In this document: positions 49,115 through 60,572 of the stretch, piece by piece
Numbering within the stretch: position 1 is the stretch's first letter
How the letters are laid out: each line of letters starts with the position of its first letter
DNA from: a plasmid
Strand: one strand, 5' to 3'
DNA length: 64,000 nt
Sequence record: NZ_CP088228.1
Program-made: the position numbers and the translations under genes
Notes under the pieces: model-generated
Seen by the model: only the letters and a program-made list of their open reading frames with translations
Databases searched by the model: none
What the model was told of the DNA's origin: nothing

Positions 49115-49672
49115 TCACGCCAGGCGTGTAATCATTTCAACCGGATTAGCCAGAGTATCGTGGATTGGCGAATTCTTTTGCATTTCGCTGACCAGCGCTT
49201 CTAACTCCTCGCGACTGGCGGTCTTGCTCGTAAGGTGAACATCGACGCGAATAGATTTCGCACCTTTACGCACGTTGCTGTCCAGCCCAAGGAAGCCGTT
49301 GAGGTTGATATCGAAATTAAGATCCAGCTCGATACCGTCCAGGTCGATCCCTTTTTCAGCAGCCATCATGGTGAGGGTGGCGGTATAACAGCCAGCCAGC
49401 GCCTGCATGATGTATTCAGTCGGGCTCATGCCGGTATCGGTGCCGAGTAAACCTGCGGGTTCATCACCGATATTAGAAAATTTCCCCACGCGGCTGGTAT
49501 CGATAACGCCGTTCTGGATTGTGGCGCCGGTCTCTGTGCGAACGGTTAATCCGCCGCTGGAACGGGCTTTCATCTGGAAAGTCAGGTTACCCAGGCCAGG
49601 CTGGCTGCGAACTGCTTCACGGGTATTGTGGATCGCAGCTGCGTCTGCAGAAGGTTTAACGGTAGTAGACAT
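49115..49672 (-). CDS. OsmC/Ohr-family peroxiredoxin-like protein
   Basis: 185 aa from Met20 of longer ORF; OsmC-like conserved Cys pair region. Confidence 0.6.
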   Translation of the reverse strand: MSTTVKPSADAAAIHNTREAVRSQPGLGNLTFQMKARSSGGLTVRTETGATIQNGVIDTSRVGKFSNIGDEPAGLLGTDTGMSPTEYIMQALAGCYTATLTMMAAEKGIDLDGIELDLNFDINLNGFLGLDSNVRKGAKSIRVDVHLTSKTASREELEALVSEMQKNSPIHDTLANPVEMITRLA

Positions 49673-49856
49673 AATGGCTCCTGTAATTTCTTGATAAAAG
49701 TTATAGCTGGTGTAATCAGTGCCAACCATCTAGTTGGTAGGTTAATATCGCGAACCTCTTTTGTCTACTCTTTTATAAAAAATAGGGGGAAAAGAACCCA
49801 GAAGGCTGTTTTATTTCATAATAACCATTTGATTTTTTTATAATCTTCCCAGCCGC

Positions 49857-50441
49857 TCACTCTTGCAGCAATCCAGCCTTTACCCGAAGGATAGTCTGGC
49901 GGGTGGTATTAAATTCCCGGGCAATAGCACTGATACTGATGCCAGCATTTAGGCGCTCTGTCACTGTTTGCTTTTGTTCCTCGCTCAGGATGGGAGGGCG
50001 ACCGAAGCGTTTTCCAGCCGCTTTTGCCCTCGCAATACCTGAATGCGTTCGCTCAAGCAGCAAATCCCGCTCAAACTCCGCTACAGCAGAAATTACCTGC
50101 ATAGTCATTTTTCCGGCCGGACTGGTCAAGTCAACGCCTCCGAGTGCGAGACAATGAACGCGAATATCTAAAGCCGCCAGTTGCTCTACTGTTTTTCGGA
50201 TATCCATCGCATTACGACCCAGACGGTCAAGTTTGGTGACAATCAGTACATCCCCATTTTCCATGCGATCTAGCAACCGGATAAATCCGGGGCGTTCGCT
50301 GGCAGCAACCGAGCCACTGATATGCTCCTCAATAAGTCGTTGGGATCTGATGGCAAAACCCGCCGCTTCAATTTCACGACGCTGGTTTTCTGTGGTCTGT
50401 TCCAGAGTTGAGACCCTGCAGTAGGCAAAAACACGTGACAT
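49857..50441 (-). CDS. tnpR: Serine recombinase (Tn3-family resolvase)
   Basis: [15 protein letters not shown] catalytic N-terminus, C-terminal HTH. Confidence 0.85.
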   Translation of the reverse strand: MSRVFAYCRVSTLEQTTENQRREIEAAGFAIRSQRLIEEHISGSVAASERPGFIRLLDRMENGDVLIVTKLDRLGRNAMDIRKTVEQLAALDIRVHCLALGGVDLTSPAGKMTMQVISAVAEFERDLLLERTHSGIARAKAAGKRFGRPPILSEEQKQTVTERLNAGISISAIAREFNTTRQTILRVKAGLLQE

Positions 50442-50444
50442 GGG

Positions 50445-50600
50445 AAACTTTCCGTACGAAATAGGTGTCCGAATTATAACGTGTGTCCGAAATTAATTTC
50501 ACTAAGTTTCGGACATGTGCTGTAAGCGGTGTACGAAACCGACCGGTTTCGGACGTTTAAGTCACATGCACGTTAACTGTCGGTATTCATCGCCTCACTA
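50445..50600. other. res site upstream of resolvase
   Basis: Repeated TGTCCGAA / TTTCGGACA inverted half-sites (gtgtccgaattataacgtgtgtccgaaa...tttcggaca...ggtttcggacg). Confidence 0.65.
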
Positions 50601-50603
50601 GTA

Positions 50604-50972
50604 CTACTCTGCTAGTTCATCATGTTCTTCGAGAGCATATTCAAAATCGGCAACAAGCAAGAAATTTTCTATCCTATAAGCCTGATTTAACTTAATTCGT
50701 TGGTATCTTTCGTTCAATAATCGCCATGCTGTTTTCCGTAGTACCATCGGTACGGATTCATCTTTTAAAGTACGCATGAGCACAGAACAGGTTGTCAGAA
50801 AAGCAGCGTCCTTACGTTTTCGGTAATACGCATCAGTCGAACAAACCGCAATGATCTCGATTGATTCAGGGTGATGACAGATAGCATTAACCGTAGTTTG
50901 TTCATGTATCTGTACCTTGAGTTCAGCCTGAATTTTTGATTGATGATACATAGCCTTGAGATAGCTAAACAT
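50604..50972 (-). CDS. Hypothetical protein (122 aa)
   Basis: ORF between res and 38-bp IR. Confidence 0.4.
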   Translation of the reverse strand: MFSYLKAMYHQSKIQAELKVQIHEQTTVNAICHHPESIEIIAVCSTDAYYRKRKDAAFLTTCSVLMRTLKDESVPMVLRKTAWRLLNERYQRIKLNQAYRIENFLLVADFEYALEEHDELAE

Positions 50973-51078
50973 GATTTCCCCATCAAACAGTAAGTCGTGT
51001 CAATTCCTAGAGTTAACACATTTCTGATCATGACTCACACGTTACGTTCAGTCGGTAGCCATCTGTGCAAAAAATGCG

Positions 51079-51116
51079 CTTAGCGTAGGATAATTTCCTT
51101 TTTCCAAGCGGACCCC
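51079..51116 (-). repeat. Intact 38-bp Tn21-family terminal inverted repeat
   Basis: Minus strand GGGGTCCGCTTGGAAAAAGGAAATTATCCTACGCTAAG, same family as IS-interrupted IRs at 21388/31842; inner side faces res/resolvase. Confidence 0.8.
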
Positions 51117-51672
51117 TAAGTGAACTGCAGTTGCCATGTTTTACGGCAGTGAGAGCAGAGATAGCGCTGATGTCCGGCAGTGCTTTTGCCGTTACGCACC
51201 ACCCCGTCAGTAGCTGAACAGGAGGGACAGCTGATAGAAACAGAAGCCACTGGAGCACCTCAAAAACACCATCATACACTAAATCAGTAAGTTGGCAGCA
51301 TCACCGGCGATTGTTACTCGTTTTGGACAAGTCAGCCTGAAGGAAAATCAGCGACGAACCGGCACTGATTATTTGCATCCTGAACGTCTGTCCTTACCTC
51401 TGACATTGCGACCATCCTTAAAGCCCGCTTTACGCAACATCAGACGTTAGTAAGTCATTCTCAATATTGCTCTAATCAAAGTGAATCCCCAGATCTGATG
51501 CAATTTATGCAAATCAAATGCTCCAGAAGACGGCTGGCAGACTATCAACAGGATATCTGTATGGCCACTCTTGCACTCTGCATTCCGATTGACGCCGCAT
51601 CGTAAGTTGAAGTTTGCTAATCTTTGAGATGTAGTACCCTCTATACAGTGCGGATTTTAATTAATGGAATAA

Positions 51673-53676
51673 ATGATTATGAGTGAAAATGATACAATCC
51701 AAAAGAAGTCTAAAAGCCAGATTAACAAAGCGGTATTCTTTACATCTGCTTTGTTAATTTTCCTTCTTGTCGCCTTTGCCGCTGTATTCCCGGATGTCGC
51801 CGACAAAAATTTTAAACTACTTCAGCAACAAATCTTCACGAATGCCAGCTGGTTCTACATCCTTGCAGTGGCCCTGATTCTACTGAGTGTCTCGTTCCTG
51901 GGACTCTCACGCTACGGTGATATCAAACTGGGTCCGGACCATGCGCAGCCTGATTTTAGCTATCACTCCTGGTTTGCGATGCTTTTCTCGGCAGGGATGG
52001 GGATCGGCCTGATGTTCTTTGGCGTTGCTGAACCTGTGATGCATTATCTTTCACCTCCTGTCGGCACTCCAGAGACCGTTGCGGCAGCGAAGGAAGCAAT
52101 GCGCCTGACGTTCTTCCACTGGGGCCTGCACGCATGGGCAATCTATGCCATTGTGGCACTGATCCTGGCCTTTTTCAGTTACCGTCACGGTCTGCCTTTA
52201 ACGCTGCGTTCCGCACTTTATCCCATTATTGGCGAGCGCATATACGGACCTGTAGGCCATGCGGTTGATATTTTCGCCGTTATTGGCACCGTCTTTGGCG
52301 TTGCGACATCGCTGGGGTACGGTGTTTTGCAGGTGAATGCTGGTTTGAATCATCTTTTCGGGGTGCCTATTAATGAAACGGTGCAGGTGATTCTAATCGT
52401 TGTCATCACTGGTTTAGCGACGATTTCGGTGGTGTCCGGCCTGGACAAGGGAATACGTATACTGTCTGAGCTCAACCTGGGCCTGGCAGTGCTGCTGCTG
52501 GCGCTGGTCCTGTGTCTGGGACCAACCGTGCTTCTGCTGAAGTCATTTGTGGAAAATACGGGCGGTTATCTTTCTGAACTGGTGAGTAAAACTTTTAACC
52601 TTTATGCGTATGAACCTAAGTCGAGCAACTGGCTGGGGGGCTGGACATTACTGTACTGGGGATGGTGGCTTTCATGGTCGCCGTTTGTGGGGATGTTCAT
52701 CGCAAGAGTCTCGCGCGGTCGAACCATTCGCGAGTTTGTCACCGGCGTGCTGTTTGTTCCCGCCGGCTTCACGCTCATGTGGATGACGGTGTTTGGTAAC
52801 AGCGCAATCTATCTCATTATGCACCAGGGGGCGGCTGATCTCGCCAATACCGTTCAGCAGGATGTCGCGCTGGCCCTGTTTAATTTCCTGGAGCATTTCC
52901 CGTTTTCTTCCGTGCTGTCATTTATTGCAATGGCGATGGTCATTGTCTTCTTTGTCACCTCGGCTGACTCCGGGGCAATGGTTGTTGATACGCTGGCATC
53001 GGGTGGCGTCGCTAACACGCCTGTATGGCAGCGAATTTTCTGGGCCTCGCTCATAGGGATTGTGGCAATCGCACTGCTGATTGCGGGGGGACTGAGCGCG
53101 CTGCAAACCGTGACAATAGCGAGCGCATTACCTTTCTCAGTGATTTTACTGATATCCATATACGGATTATTAAAAGCCCTGCGTCGGGATTTGACCAAGC
53201 GTGAAAGCCTGAGCATGGCGACTATTGCTCCGACTGCAGCGCGTAACCCGATTCCATGGCAGAGACGCTTGCGCAATATCGCTTATCTGCCAAAGCGCTC
53301 TCTTGTGATACGCTTTATGGGCGACGTTATCCAGCCCGCCATGACGCTGGTTCAGGAAGAACTGAATAAACAGGGAACGATAAGCCATATAAGTGATACT
53401 GATGACGAACGAATTCGGCTTGAAGTCGATTTGGGCAATGAGCTGAACTTTATTTATGAAGTGAGACTTCGTGGCTATAACTCACCGGCTTTCGCCATGG
53501 CTGCAATGGACAATGACGAGCAGCAGGTTGAGCAACATCGATATTATCGCGCTGAGGTCTATCTGAAAGAAGGCGGTCAAAACTATGATGTGATGGGCTG
53601 GAATCAGGAACAGCTGATTAATGACATACTGGACCAGTACGAAAAACACCTGCACTTCCTGCACCTCGTTCGTTAA
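51673..53676 (+). CDS. BCCT-family (BetT-like) betaine/choline transporter (667 aa)
   Basis: 12-TM BCCT layout with WTLLYWGWWLSWSPFVGMFIARVSRGRTIREF signature region. Confidence 0.8.
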   Translation: MIMSENDTIQKKSKSQINKAVFFTSALLIFLLVAFAAVFPDVADKNFKLLQQQIFTNASWFYILAVALILLSVSFLGLSRYGDIKLGPDHAQPDFSYHSWFAMLFSAGMGIGLMFFGVAEPVMHYLSPPVGTPETVAAAKEAMRLTFFHWGLHAWAIYAIVALILAFFSYRHGLPLTLRSALYPIIGERIYGPVGHAVDIFAVIGTVFGVATSLGYGVLQVNAGLNHLFGVPINETVQVILIVVITGLATISVVSGLDKGIRILSELNLGLAVLLLALVLCLGPTVLLLKSFVENTGGYLSELVSKTFNLYAYEPKSSNWLGGWTLLYWGWWLSWSPFVGMFIARVSRGRTIREFVTGVLFVPAGFTLMWMTVFGNSAIYLIMHQGAADLANTVQQDVALALFNFLEHFPFSSVLSFIAMAMVIVFFVTSADSGAMVVDTLASGGVANTPVWQRIFWASLIGIVAIALLIAGGLSALQTVTIASALPFSVILLISIYGLLKALRRDLTKRESLSMATIAPTAARNPIPWQRRLRNIAYLPKRSLVIRFMGDVIQPAMTLVQEELNKQGTISHISDTDDERIRLEVDLGNELNFIYEVRLRGYNSPAFAMAAMDNDEQQVEQHRYYRAEVYLKEGGQNYDVMGWNQEQLINDILDQYEKHLHFLHLVR

Positions 53677-53739
53677 TACAAAAATGCCGTCCTGCCGGGC
53701 GGCATTTATTTTCCCGAACTTAATACAAGGATATGCTGA

Positions 53740-56200
<2,461 letters not shown>

Positions 56201-57023
56201 TTAGCATACATGTTGATGTATCGGCCAGAGGTAGCCGCTCTCTGCCCTTCAGGATCAATAACTGTCTTATTTACCTTGTCCTCAATTCCGAACAGAAATT
56301 TTCACTTATGGTCAGTGCTGAATCCTTTGGTGAACTCAGGTTGTTCAGGTATCCGGATGGAACCCTTTTTAACACTTTCTACCGCAGCAACGGTGATCCA
56401 CTTGAAGGTGTGATGAAAACGCTCTGGGAAATGGAGATGGAAATTACCGATACACCAGTGGTGCGGTTTGAACATCGCTGAGCAAAATTAAGGTGACCCC
56501 GGATGGGGTCGCTGTTAAATTGCTTTGTTGTTAATAATTAATTTGAATTGCGATATTTACAGCAATAATCCACTCATCACAACAATTCACTCTTTTTTGT
56601 GCTTATCCTGCAATAATCTCTCTCTTCCTCTCCTGAGATCCGAAAAGATGTTGTTCCGGATCTTCCGGAACAGCCCCGGCGCGCAGCGGCCTAAAAACAC
56701 AATATGTGCTACGCCATAGGCTGATTTTTCTTCTATATATAGTGTTTACCCCCTTCCCTGCGACCCTTCGTGCAGGGGCAGATATTGCCGCTTTGTTTAT
56801 TCCCTCACCGTGTTACACTTCCGGAAAGTTGTTATATGACGGAAAGTCGGATCTGCCGGAAACGGGTATCCGGTAATTTAATGGCGTGGTTATATGGCTG
56901 CTTATTATCTTTCTGGTGATATTCATGGCAGGAAAAATAAGCAGGGGAATATTCAGGTGGGTGACTGATGCAGTCCTGTGCGCAGTCAGTTGTGCTGCAC
57001 ATAATAATTACTCTGAGTGACTA

Positions 57024-57332
57024 TTGCGTATGAATACATCATCACATGAAAGCGAGCGCGTCCCGGTTTCACTTGAAACCGTCTGGCGGGCGCTGACCGC
57101 CCTCGGTCATCAGCGGCTCTGGCTCCGCCCTCCGGATGAGCGGAGCGTGAACACTTGGCTGATCGTCACCTGGGACGGCCTGACGGTGGCTGAGCGAATC
57201 AGAAATTCCGGAACGTGGTGGCTGGCCGGGGATGCGAATGCCATCTACACCAATCCGGAACGGATCGTCCCGGACGGGCTGGAAGAGCTCACCTTGCTCT
57301 CTGTGCAGCGGCGAATGAAGGACGGATTCTGA
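57024..57332 (+). CDS. Hypothetical protein (102 aa)
   Basis: ORF only. Confidence 0.35.
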   Translation: MRMNTSSHESERVPVSLETVWRALTALGHQRLWLRPPDERSVNTWLIVTWDGLTVAERIRNSGTWWLAGDANAIYTNPERIVPDGLEELTLLSVQRRMKDGF

Positions 57333-57381
57333 GAACGTCATGAGATAACTGGTGGCGGGATTTCTCAGTAGAGGAAGGGTT

Positions 57382-57711
57382 ATGTGTGATTTATGCAGGG
57401 CGGACGGAAATTACTTTCACTCGGCTGAATGCGTATATGACCAGCTGGTCAGTGAGTACCCCGTTATGTGGCTGCGGGACTCGACCCGGATTGGCGCCTG
57501 CTACACGCTCCGTGAGCTGCTGTCGCCGGAAGGGATGGTGCTGGCCATACAGAACGCGCCTCCCGTGACGGGATGGCGGCTGCGTATGTGGTATAACGAG
57601 GCCACAGATGAAGAGATCGACCCGCTGCGCGGGGACTGTACCGAGCTGCCCTCCAGGACGTACGCCCTGTTGGCCTTTGAGCCGTTCCGTGAAGGCGCTA
57701 CGTCAGTATGA
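57382..57711 (+). CDS. Hypothetical protein (109 aa)
   Basis: ORF from MCDLCRADGNYF... Confidence 0.35.
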   Translation: MCDLCRADGNYFHSAECVYDQLVSEYPVMWLRDSTRIGACYTLRELLSPEGMVLAIQNAPPVTGWRLRMWYNEATDEEIDPLRGDCTELPSRTYALLAFEPFREGATSV

Positions 57712-57759
57712 CCGACGGGATTTTTCATTTACAGAACCATACAGAAGGGTACTGGCATT

Positions 57760-58578
57760 ATGGGAAGCATGAAAGACCAGATGATGGATATTGAATCTGA
57801 ACGATTTGATAAATGGCTTGCGGAAAATTCTCCGGATGTTGTACCCGGCTCAGAAGAATGGGAACAGGCCGCTAACCTTTATTACTGGGAACAGGAGTAT
57901 CTCGCCGATCAGGCTCAGTGGGATCATGAACACGGGCTGTTTGTGGCTTCCCTGAACAATGTTCATCAGCGTTACCTTCACGCCAGGCAGGAGTTGAAGG
58001 GGCTGTATACCCTGCTCGATACAGAGCAGCCTGAACTGGTGTACAGGATGTCTTTCGTCCATGCCGTGACGGTCATGGAGGCGTACCTGATGTACTGCGC
58101 CAGGGCTCTGCTGGAAGAGGATTTTCCGCTTACACGGTTCAGGGATGAGTTTTATATGAAGTCCGATAAAATCAAAAATCCGGTAAAACATGCTGCCCGT
58201 GAAATGGCTCTTTCTATGTTCCGGCCTGCGGCGCAGAATTTTGTTTCCCGGATGACGTTTCATAACGTAAAAACCATTGAGCGCTATTTCGGGACTGTGC
58301 TTCATATACCGCCCGTCTGGCCAACTGAGCCGCTGGGTATCATCGCAGACTGGCGAAACGATCTGGTACACCGCAACGGTGTGGATGTGCATGATGTGCA
58401 ACGAGTGATATCAGCGCCGCAGCTGCAAAGCGCCCTGCAGAAAGTGTCGGATCTGATAGAGGCTGCAGATCATTCCCTGCGTCTGGAAGTGGACTATTTT
58501 GGTAACTCGCGTACCGAAGAAAACCGGGAAATCATTGCGGAAGCACTGCGCATATCCCCGGGCGGAGAATCATCCTGA
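57760..58578 (+). CDS. Hypothetical protein (272 aa)
   Basis: ORF with RBS; stop overlaps resD start. Confidence 0.5.
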   Translation: MGSMKDQMMDIESERFDKWLAENSPDVVPGSEEWEQAANLYYWEQEYLADQAQWDHEHGLFVASLNNVHQRYLHARQELKGLYTLLDTEQPELVYRMSFVHAVTVMEAYLMYCARALLEEDFPLTRFRDEFYMKSDKIKNPVKHAAREMALSMFRPAAQNFVSRMTFHNVKTIERYFGTVLHIPPVWPTEPLGIIADWRNDLVHRNGVDVHDVQRVISAPQLQSALQKVSDLIEAADHSLRLEVDYFGNSRTEENREIIAEALRISPGGESS

Positions 58579-59351
58579 TGACCGGACTCGTTACCCTGGG
58601 AGGGTATTCGACCACAGGGGCTCAGTTACCTGTTTCTATCGACTATCCGGCGGCGCTGGCCCTGCGTCAGATGGCTCTGGTTCAGGACGAACTGCCGAAA
58701 TACCTGCTGGCCCCGGAAGTGAGTGCCCTGCTCCACTATGTGCCCGACCTTCACCGCAAGATGCTTCTTGCTACCCTGTGGAACACCGGCGCCCGTATTA
58801 ACGAAGCACTGGCCCTGACCCGGAGTGATTTTTCCCTGGCACCGCCCTATCCGTTCGTGCAGCTGGCCACACTCAAACAAAGGGCTGAAAAAGCCGCCAG
58901 AACGGCTGGCCGTGCGCCCGTCGGCAGTCAGACTCACCGGCTGGTACCGCTTTCTGATGCGAATTATGTCGGTCAACTGGAGATGATGGTGGCCACGCTG
59001 AAAATTCCTCTTGAACGACGTAATAAGCGAAGCGGCAGAACCGAGAAGGCACGCATCTGGGAGATCACCGACCGGACGGTCCGCACCTGGCTCAGCGAAG
59101 CAGTTGAAGCCGCAGCGGCCGACGGGGTGACGTTCTCCGTGCCGGTGACCCCGCACACGTTCCGTCATTCCTACGCGATGCACATGCTGTATGCCGGTAT
59201 ACCACTGAAGGTGCTGCAGAGTTTGATGGGGCATAAGAGCATCAGTTCGACTGAGGTGTATACGAAGGTGTTTGCGCTCGATGTCGCGGCACGGCACCGG
59301 GTGCAGTTCCAGATGCCGGGCGATGAGGCGGTAGCGTTGCTAAAAAAATAG
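58578..59351 (+). CDS. resD: ResD-like tyrosine recombinase (F plasmid multimer resolution)
   Basis: 257 aa; C-terminal HTFRHSYAMHMLYAGIPLKVLQSLMGHKSISSTEVY; overall match to F ResD. Confidence 0.8.
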   Translation: MTGLVTLGGYSTTGAQLPVSIDYPAALALRQMALVQDELPKYLLAPEVSALLHYVPDLHRKMLLATLWNTGARINEALALTRSDFSLAPPYPFVQLATLKQRAEKAARTAGRAPVGSQTHRLVPLSDANYVGQLEMMVATLKIPLERRNKRSGRTEKARIWEITDRTVRTWLSEAVEAAAADGVTFSVPVTPHTFRHSYAMHMLYAGIPLKVLQSLMGHKSISSTEVYTKVFALDVAARHRVQFQMPGDEAVALLKK

Positions 59352-59410
59352 ATGATTAAGATAGCAAGATAGTAATTTATTATCTTGCTATCTTATTAAG
59401 TTATTAAATT
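59352..59410. repeat. Short direct/inverted repeats flanking partition operon
   Basis: gatagcaagatag / atcttgctatctt motifs. Confidence 0.5.
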
Positions 59411-59411
59411 A

Positions 59412-59717
59412 TTATTTTAATCTAGATTTTTCAATGAGTTGAGATATTTCTTCTCGCGATAAATTTTCTAACGCCATCACTGCAGCTCTAACTACATCTG
59501 ATCTATTGACTCTCCTGTTCCCTGATAACATCTCTTCCCTTATGACATTATCAATTGAGCTAAGATTCTCTTCAGCAAGAGAGATGCTGACTGGTTTTGC
59601 TTTACTAGTCGCAGGTTTATTACTTGGTTCGTCAAGATTTTTTGCAGTAAGGCCAGCTGAACCTCCATTTATAAACGAAGCTTCATCCTTTGGCGGCGTA
59701 TGTGCTCTATTTCTCAC
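59412..59717 (-). CDS. ParG-like RHH centromere-binding protein (101 aa)
   Basis: Small basic protein with C-terminal RHH-like SDVVRAAVMALENL, downstream of small ParA. Confidence 0.55.
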   Translation of the reverse strand: MRNRAHTPPKDEASFINGGSAGLTAKNLDEPSNKPATSKAKPVSISLAEENLSSIDNVIREEMLSGNRRVNRSDVVRAAVMALENLSREEISQLIEKSRLK

Positions 59718-60349
59718 AGAATGATCTCCTTAACCAGAGCTTCAATTTCTTCTTGGGCTTTGATGTTCTGTGTTTCAAAAATAGTCATTGATTCGGCCCA
59801 GGCATCCCTGTGAGCTTTTCTGTCACATACGCGAGCATTAGACAGATTCATTTCCGGAAAGTCTTTGAGAACATCCGCCGCCTGATTAGCTTCATTAACG
59901 AACATGTTAGTTGGTGTCATATTCAACACTAAATACCCACGTACAGACTCGTTGAAATCTTTAGCAGCAGTAAAAACAGAGCATGTATGAGGTACAACAT
60001 CCAAATCCATTTGGGACGGTCGTAAAGGGGAAATAAACACATCTGCAGCCATTAATCCACTTCGCATCTCTGCACTGTCACGGCCAGCACAATCGGCGAT
60101 TACAAAGTCATAAGATTTTTCATGCTCTTTAAGCATGGCTTTGATGTTGCCGGACGCTCCAGTCACAGGCATATGAGGCAAGTTCTCTGGTCGATTGTTA
60201 TACCAGGTCAGCACTGATTTTTGATCGTCGGCATCTACAATGAGAACTCGCTTTCCTAATGCCATAAGATATGCAGCGATGGAAACTGCGAGCGTACTTT
60301 TACCTACTCCACCTTTTTGACTACCAAGAACAATGATCATATTCCGCAC
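59714..60349 (-). CDS. ParA/ParF-type (type Ib) partition ATPase (211 aa)
   Basis: Deviant Walker A GSQKGGVGKST and MinD/ParA fold. Confidence 0.8.
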   Translation of the reverse strand: MRNMIIVLGSQKGGVGKSTLAVSIAAYLMALGKRVLIVDADDQKSVLTWYNNRPENLPHMPVTGASGNIKAMLKEHEKSYDFVIADCAGRDSAEMRSGLMAADVFISPLRPSQMDLDVVPHTCSVFTAAKDFNESVRGYLVLNMTPTNMFVNEANQAADVLKDFPEMNLSNARVCDRKAHRDAWAESMTIFETQNIKAQEEIEALVKEIIL

Positions 60350-60560
60350 ACCTTGTTTGTTATCTTATTAAGATAATAGGATAGCAAACATTAATTTTCA
60401 ATATGCGCTGGAGTTGATATTTTGTTATCATGCTAACTTAATATGTTAGCAACTACATTAAATTCAATTGATTAGAATGTAACACTACCATCTTGCGATA
60501 TTAATAAGATATTACGATAACAAGATGCTATCTTGTTATCGTAATCGCACTTTTGAGTGA
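60350..60560. repeat. Centromere/operator-like repeats upstream of partition operon
   Basis: Repeated ttatcttattaagataata, gatgctatcttgttatcg, ttgttatcgtaatcg motifs. Confidence 0.5.
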
Positions 60561-60572
60561 AGGAGTAAAGCA

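Noticed and set aside
51028-51279. 83-aa minus-strand ORF next to the 38-bp IR
   Set aside because: It overlaps the transposon IR and adjoining non-coding DNA, and has no RBS or family signal.
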